In this document: positions 27,192 to 32,000 of the stretch, in pieces | How positions within the stretch are numbered: the first letter of the stretch is position 1 | How the letters are laid out: every line of letters starts with the position of its first letter | From: Bacillus subtilis subsp. subtilis str. 168 | GTDB lineage: Bacteria; Bacillota; Bacilli; Bacillales; Bacillaceae | Length of the DNA stretch: 32,000 nt | NCBI RefSeq assembly: GCF_000009045.1 | Contig: NC_000964.3 | Location: 1,470,001-1,502,000 of the forward strand | Reading direction: 5' to 3' | Notes under the pieces: model-generated | Databases searched by the model: none | What the model was told of the DNA's origin: nothing | What the model saw: the letters and a program-made list of their open reading frames with translations, nothing else | Translations under genes and position numbers: made by a program

Positions 27192-28484
27192 ATGCTGGAG
27201 AAAAGAACACCGATACCGGTAGACGAGGCAGTTCGGCGTGTCTGCCATTTTCAAAAACAAGGTGAAACAGAATGGGTGGCGCTTGAAGACAGCCTTCATC
27301 GGTTTTTAGCCGAAGATATAACTGCGGATCACCACGTACCTGCGTTTGACCGTTCGCCATACGATGGTTTTGCTGTCAGAGCGTGCGATACGGCAGAAGC
27401 TTCACGTGAAAACCCAGTTCGGTTTGAAGTTATTGACCATATTGGAGCGGGAGCAGTATCTGAAAAAGAACTTGGCCCGTTTCAGGCCGTGCGGATTATG
27501 ACTGGCGCGCAAATCCCTGAAGGGGCAGATGCAGTCGTCATGATTGAACTGACTCAAGCCTTTGAGGAGAATGGGAAGTCATTTATGTCTTTAAAACGCC
27601 GCTTTCAGACGGGGGATAATATTTCAAAAACAGGTGAGGACGCTCAAAAAGGGAGTGTTTTACTGACAAAGGGCACCCGGGTGACACCAGGAGTGACGGC
27701 TCTTTTGGCAACATTCGGATACGCATCTGTGCCTGTCGTGAGAAAGCCTGTAGTCGGGATTATCGCAACCGGTACCGAATTGCTGAATGTCAGTGATCCG
27801 CTGGAACCGGGAAAAATCCGCAACAGCAATGCGAGTATGGTATATGCGCAAGCGATAGAAGCAGGCGCAACACCGCTTTATTTAGGGAAAATCTCTGATG
27901 AACTGGATAAAAGCTTTGCTGCAGTTAAAGAAGCGATGAAAAAGGTGGACTTCCTGATCACAACTGGCGGTGTGTCAGTCGGTGACTTTGACTTTTTGCC
28001 TGCGATCTATGAAAAACTCGGAGCGGACGTGCTGTTTAATAAAGTTGCCATGCGCCCGGGCAGCGTGACAACGGTGGCGCATGCAAACGATATGCTGCTG
28101 TTTGGCCTTTCAGGTAATCCGTCGGCATGCTATGTCGGTTTTGAACTGTTTGTCAAACCGATAATCCAGACATGGCTGCTCAATGAAACACCGCATTCAA
28201 TTTGTGCGGAAGCTGTTTTGACCAAGGATTTTCCGAAGCCGAACCCATTTACCCGATTTGTTCGTGCGCTCGTGCACCATCAGGAAGGGAAGCTGTTGGC
28301 GACACCCGTTGGCTTAGATAAGTCGAGCTCTGTCACATCACTTGCAGATGCCAATGCATTTATTATCCTGCCGGGCGGTACGCGAGGCTACGAATCTGGC
28401 AGAACGGTTCAAGTGCTGCTCATCAGAGAAGAGAATGGAAGTGAATGGCCTTGGTCCGTCCTTTCCCGATCGTCCAAGTTGTAG
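27192..28484 (+). CDS. moeA: Molybdopterin molybdenumtransferase
   Basis: 430 aa; 'AFDRSPYDGFAVRACD', 'TTGGVSVGDFDF', 'GLSGNPSACYVGFELF'. Confidence 0.93.
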   Translation: MLEKRTPIPVDEAVRRVCHFQKQGETEWVALEDSLHRFLAEDITADHHVPAFDRSPYDGFAVRACDTAEASRENPVRFEVIDHIGAGAVSEKELGPFQAVRIMTGAQIPEGADAVVMIELTQAFEENGKSFMSLKRRFQTGDNISKTGEDAQKGSVLLTKGTRVTPGVTALLATFGYASVPVVRKPVVGIIATGTELLNVSDPLEPGKIRNSNASMVYAQAIEAGATPLYLGKISDELDKSFAAVKEAMKKVDFLITTGGVSVGDFDFLPAIYEKLGADVLFNKVAMRPGSVTTVAHANDMLLFGLSGNPSACYVGFELFVKPIIQTWLLNETPHSICAEAVLTKDFPKPNPFTRFVRALVHHQEGKLLATPVGLDKSSSVTSLADANAFIILPGGTRGYESGRTVQVLLIREENGSEWPWSVLSRSSKL

Positions 28485-28966
28485 GATTTCAAAACAGCGG
28501 GAAAACAACGTTTATTGAGCGCATTCTTGAAAAAGCCTCTGAACAGGGAGTCCATTTGGGCTGCCTGAAGCACCATGGTCACGGCGGTGAACCGCAAACG
28601 CTCACGGAAGGAAAAGACACGGACCGTTACAAGGCGGCAGGTGCTGATGTAACAGCGGTAGAAGGTGCTGGTGTGTTACAGCTGACTGCCCGCCGCAATT
28701 GGGATTTGGCACGGCTGATTGAGTTATACCAATTTCTCGAAACAGACTGTCTTCTGATTGAAGGCTTTAAAAAAGCCCCTTATCCTAAAGTGGTTATCCT
28801 AAGTGAAAAGGAAGATCTGGAAGCGCTGCAAGCAGTAAATATAATCGCCATCATCTATAGAAAAAAAGAGCATATGACAGAGCATCAGGGATTACCCGTT
28901 TTTCATGCGGATGATCCGGTTGCCGTGGATTTTGTGCTTTCACAGCTGAAGGGGGAATCTGCATAA
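28445..28966 (+). CDS. mobB: Molybdopterin-guanine dinucleotide biosynthesis protein B
   Basis: 173 aa; 'IVQVVGFQNSGKTTFIERIL'; overlaps moeA by 40 nt. Confidence 0.92.
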   Translation: MALVRPFPIVQVVGFQNSGKTTFIERILEKASEQGVHLGCLKHHGHGGEPQTLTEGKDTDRYKAAGADVTAVEGAGVLQLTARRNWDLARLIELYQFLETDCLLIEGFKKAPYPKVVILSEKEDLEALQAVNIIAIIYRKKEHMTEHQGLPVFHADDPVAVDFVLSQLKGESA

Positions 28967-29439
28967 TGGAACGGTTTGAGATTACGAAAACACCCATTAA
29001 TACTGAAAACATCATCAAAAAAGTGGAGAAACGGGAAGCGGGAGCCATTACAACATTTATTGGTACGGTTCGGGAATGGACAAACGGAAAAAGAACGGTT
29101 CGGCTTGAATATGAGGCATATGAACCGATGGCCGTGCAAATGCTTGCTCAAATCGGCGCTGAAATCGAAGAAAAATGGGAAGGTGCCTCAGCTGCGATCA
29201 CGCACCGTATAGGTGTGCTCGATATCGGTGAAGCAGCGGTAGTGATTGCTGTATCTTCTCCCCATCGAAAAGCCGCATATGAAGCCAATGAGTATGCGAT
29301 TGAACGCATTAAACAGATTGTGCCGATTTGGAAAAAAGAAATTTGGGAAGACGGTGAGCAATGGATCGGCGACCAGCTAGAAACGACAGCTTATCCGAAC
29401 GGAAAACCAGACCTAAGCGAGGGAGAGCAGCATGATTAA
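28966..29439 (+). CDS. moaE: Molybdopterin synthase large subunit
   Basis: 157 aa; '[17 protein letters not shown]', '[22 protein letters not shown]'; TAATG overlap with mobB. Confidence 0.93.
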
Positions 29440-29665
29440 AATTCTTTTATTTGCAGGGCTTGCTGAACAGGCCGGTACACAAGCAATAGAAATAGATATG
29501 GAACAAGCAACCACAGATGAAATAAAAGCGAGTCTAAAAGAACAATACGGTCTTGAATCTATTGATACGGCTATGATTGCCGTTAACGAAAGCTATGTAA
29601 AAGAAAATACCTCTGTATCTTCGGGTGACACGGTAGCCATCATACCGCCGGTCAGCGGGGGATGA
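29432..29665 (+). CDS. moaD: Molybdopterin synthase sulfur-carrier subunit
   Basis: 77 aa with ubiquitin-like C-terminus '[10 protein letters not shown]'. Confidence 0.93.
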
Positions 29666-29697
29666 AAACCGGACGGCATTTCAGCCGTCCGGTTTTT
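29665..29697 (+). terminator. Intrinsic terminator after moaD
   Basis: AAAACCGGACGGC-atttca-GCCGTCCGGTTTTT. Confidence 0.92.
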
Positions 29698-29888
29698 CTG
29701 TATTTCATTGGCATATCCCCAAGTATCCTCAGCATACAATGATTTTCTGTAAGCGTTTATTCTACATATGTTACTCCCTATAAAGTAAGAGACTCACTCC
29801 ATAATTAGACTGAAATTTTGAAAAATAATAGAAATTTATTTCGGGTATCGATATAGTGAAGATGATAAATGTTGGAAAGGTGCTGGAT

Positions 29889-31646
29889 ATGGAGACATTT
29901 AAAAGATTAAAAATGTATTATTGGCCGTACAGAAAAGTGTTTATGTGGTCGCTTCTAGCCATGCTTTTGATGACTGCAATTACTGTCGTTTATCCGATTA
30001 TCCTGCAAATTACGATTGATGAGATCGTACTGGGACGGCAGTATCAGCTTGCGGCGTGGGTCAGCTTAGGATTTATTGCGGTGATGGTTTTGAAAGGAAT
30101 GGCTACCTTTTTTCATCAGTATTTAGGTGATATGTTCGGGATCAAATCCGTTTATCGGCTGAGAAATGGTCTGTATGAAAAACTGCAGCGGCTTTCTTTT
30201 TCTTACTATGATAACGCGAAAACAGGAGATTTGATGTCCAGGCTGACTGCTGATGTTGAAGGGCTTCGTTTTTTCTTATCATACGGTCTCGCTGAGCTCA
30301 TTCGCTTCGGCCTGCTGGTAGCCATCAGCCTGTCGGTTATGTTTTACTATTCTGTTCCTCTCACGCTTGTGACAATAGCTGTTCTGCCATTTCTCGCGGT
30401 TGCGGTATACCGGTTTGACAAAAGAGTCCATCCCGCCTTCAGAGGCATCCGCAAATCGTTTGCGAAACTCAATACAAAAGTTCAGGAAAATATCAGCGGC
30501 ATTAATACGGTTAAATCTCTTTCCAGGGAAGATTTTCAGATCAGCACTTTCAATAAAGCCAATGCAGAATACAGGGCGCAGTATTTACAAACATCATCCA
30601 TTTGGTCTGCGTATTTCCCTTTAATGGAGTTCATTGGTAACACTTGTATTGTAGCTCTTCTCTCATACGGCGGTTACTTGGTTATGCAAAATCAGCTCAA
30701 TCCCGGCGAGCTTGTTGCTTTCTTCAGCCTTGTCAATTATATGATGTGGCCCATTATGAACTTAGGTTTTGTCATCAATATGTTCTCTCAAGCAAAAGCG
30801 TCAGGGGAACGCCTGCTCGACATTCTGGAAAAAGAAGAAGACATTACAGATCATCCTCATGCTTTGCATAAACAAAAATTAACCGGAGATGTCCATTTCA
30901 AAAATGTTTCTCTTGCATACGGAAAAGAACAAACAAACGCGCTGTGCAATGTAAGCTTTGAGGCAAACAGCGGGAAGGTAATCGGACTGTTGGGCCCGAC
31001 AGGTTCAGGCAAAAGCTCAGTGACACAGCTTCTCACCAGATTTTACAGTCCTGTTGGCGGAATGATTACCATTGATCACAAACCCATCACAGATTATTCG
31101 TTAAAAACCCTTCGCTCCAATATCGGGGTCGTACTTCAAGAATCCTTCCTGTTTTCATCTACGATTAGATCAAATATTTCGTATGGGCGGCCGGATGCCT
31201 CAATGGAAGACGTCATCGAAGCGGCAAAAAGGGCGCAGGCTCATAACTTTATTATGGAGCTTCCTGATGGGTATGACACCATGCTGGGAGAGAGGGGAAT
31301 GGGGCTTTCCGGCGGGCAGAAACAGCGTATTGCCATTGCGAGAGCCATCTGCTTGAACCCGAGCATTTTAATATTGGATGATGCCACAAGCGCAGTAGAT
31401 ATGCAAACGGAGCACAGCATACAGCTTGCCTTAAAAGAAGTCATGAAAAACCGCACAACCTTTATCGTCGCTCACCGCATTTCTTCACTGAAACACGCTG
31501 ATGAAATTCTCGTTTTTAATAAAGGACGCATTCGTGAAAGGGGAACACATCATGAGCTTCTTGAAAAAGGCGGCTACTATAAAAAGATTTACGATTTGCA
31601 ATACCGTGATGTCAAAATGATTAATGAGCCGCATGAGGTCGGATAG
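29889..31646 (+). CDS. yknU: ABC transporter ATP-binding/permease subunit YknU
   Basis: 585 aa from ATG 29889 (SD GGAAAGGTG); Walker A 'GPTGSGKSS', signature 'LSGGQKQRIAIARAI', Walker B 'ILILDDATSAVD'. Confidence 0.9.
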   Translation: METFKRLKMYYWPYRKVFMWSLLAMLLMTAITVVYPIILQITIDEIVLGRQYQLAAWVSLGFIAVMVLKGMATFFHQYLGDMFGIKSVYRLRNGLYEKLQRLSFSYYDNAKTGDLMSRLTADVEGLRFFLSYGLAELIRFGLLVAISLSVMFYYSVPLTLVTIAVLPFLAVAVYRFDKRVHPAFRGIRKSFAKLNTKVQENISGINTVKSLSREDFQISTFNKANAEYRAQYLQTSSIWSAYFPLMEFIGNTCIVALLSYGGYLVMQNQLNPGELVAFFSLVNYMMWPIMNLGFVINMFSQAKASGERLLDILEKEEDITDHPHALHKQKLTGDVHFKNVSLAYGKEQTNALCNVSFEANSGKVIGLLGPTGSGKSSVTQLLTRFYSPVGGMITIDHKPITDYSLKTLRSNIGVVLQESFLFSSTIRSNISYGRPDASMEDVIEAAKRAQAHNFIMELPDGYDTMLGERGMGLSGGQKQRIAIARAICLNPSILILDDATSAVDMQTEHSIQLALKEVMKNRTTFIVAHRISSLKHADEILVFNKGRIRERGTHHELLEKGGYYKKIYDLQYRDVKMINEPHEVG

Positions 31647-31657
31647 GGAGGGGCCAA

Positions 31658-32000
31658 ATGAAACAAGCGAAAAAACAGGGGGTTTTAGAGCGTTTCTATT
31701 ACTCTTCAGATGAAATCATTGAAAAGCCGTTTAACTGGGCTCAAATGTGGCGGCTGCTGAGCTATGTCAAACCATATCGAAAAACAATTTTGCCGCTTTC
31801 TTTTCTCACTGTATTGATTGGCACTGCTGTGAAGCTTGTGATCCCCATTTTGATCGGCGTTTATGTTCTTGATCAAGCGATTACAGGGAGAAACTCGGAG
31901 CTGCTGATTCAGCTCATTTTTATTATTAGCGGTTTATATGTCCTCAATTACGCCGCCAATGTGTTAAGAATCAGGTGGATGAATCAGCTTGGCCAGCATG
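31658..32000 (+). CDS. yknV: ABC transporter ATP-binding/permease YknV, N-terminal part, truncated by the window end
   Basis: ATG with SD GGGAGGGG, 'MKQAKKQGVLERFYYSSDEIIEKPFNWAQMWRLLSYVKPYRKTILPLS...' open to 32000. Confidence 0.88.
   Translation, partial: MKQAKKQGVLERFYYSSDEIIEKPFNWAQMWRLLSYVKPYRKTILPLSFLTVLIGTAVKLVIPILIGVYVLDQAITGRNSELLIQLIFIISGLYVLNYAANVLRIRWMNQLGQH

Noticed and set aside
25387-32000. Riboswitch (Moco) upstream of the molybdopterin genes
   Set aside because: The gap between yknT and mobA is short (about 118 nt) and no recognisable Moco-riboswitch pattern was seen.

Overview
The window matches the Bacillus subtilis chromosome from kinA to the start of yknV. I recognised it from remembered protein sequences and gene order; no database search was run. 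Gene order: kinA, patA(-), small ORF(-), cheV, ykyB(-), ykuC(-), ykuD(-), ykuE(-), fadH/ykuF, ykuG (two reading frames here), ykuH, ykuI, fsrA sRNA, ykuJ, ykuK, ykzF, darB/ykuL, ccpC, ykuN-ykuO-ykuP, dapH, dapI, ykuS, ykuT(-), ykuU, ykuV, rok, yknT(-), mobA, moeB, moeA, mobB, moaE, moaD, yknU, yknV (partial). Most of it is ordinary core genome. The places most worth a second look are: (1) the AT-rich ykuG-ykuH island, which has a multidomain wall-binding-like protein with an apparent frameshift, a 7-codon ORF behind a strong Shine-Dalgarno, and a small membrane protein next to it; (2) the unannotated 13.68-13.83 kb segment after fsrA, with a near-perfect 16-bp palindrome, a long-range stem, a 7-bp hairpin and a possible 34-aa ORF; (3) the Asp-box protein YkuO between two flavodoxins behind tandem Fur boxes; (4) the 12-bp perfect hairpin without a T-tract between dapH and dapI. 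I found no CRISPR array, rRNA/tRNA gene, transposase or recognisable anti-phage system.
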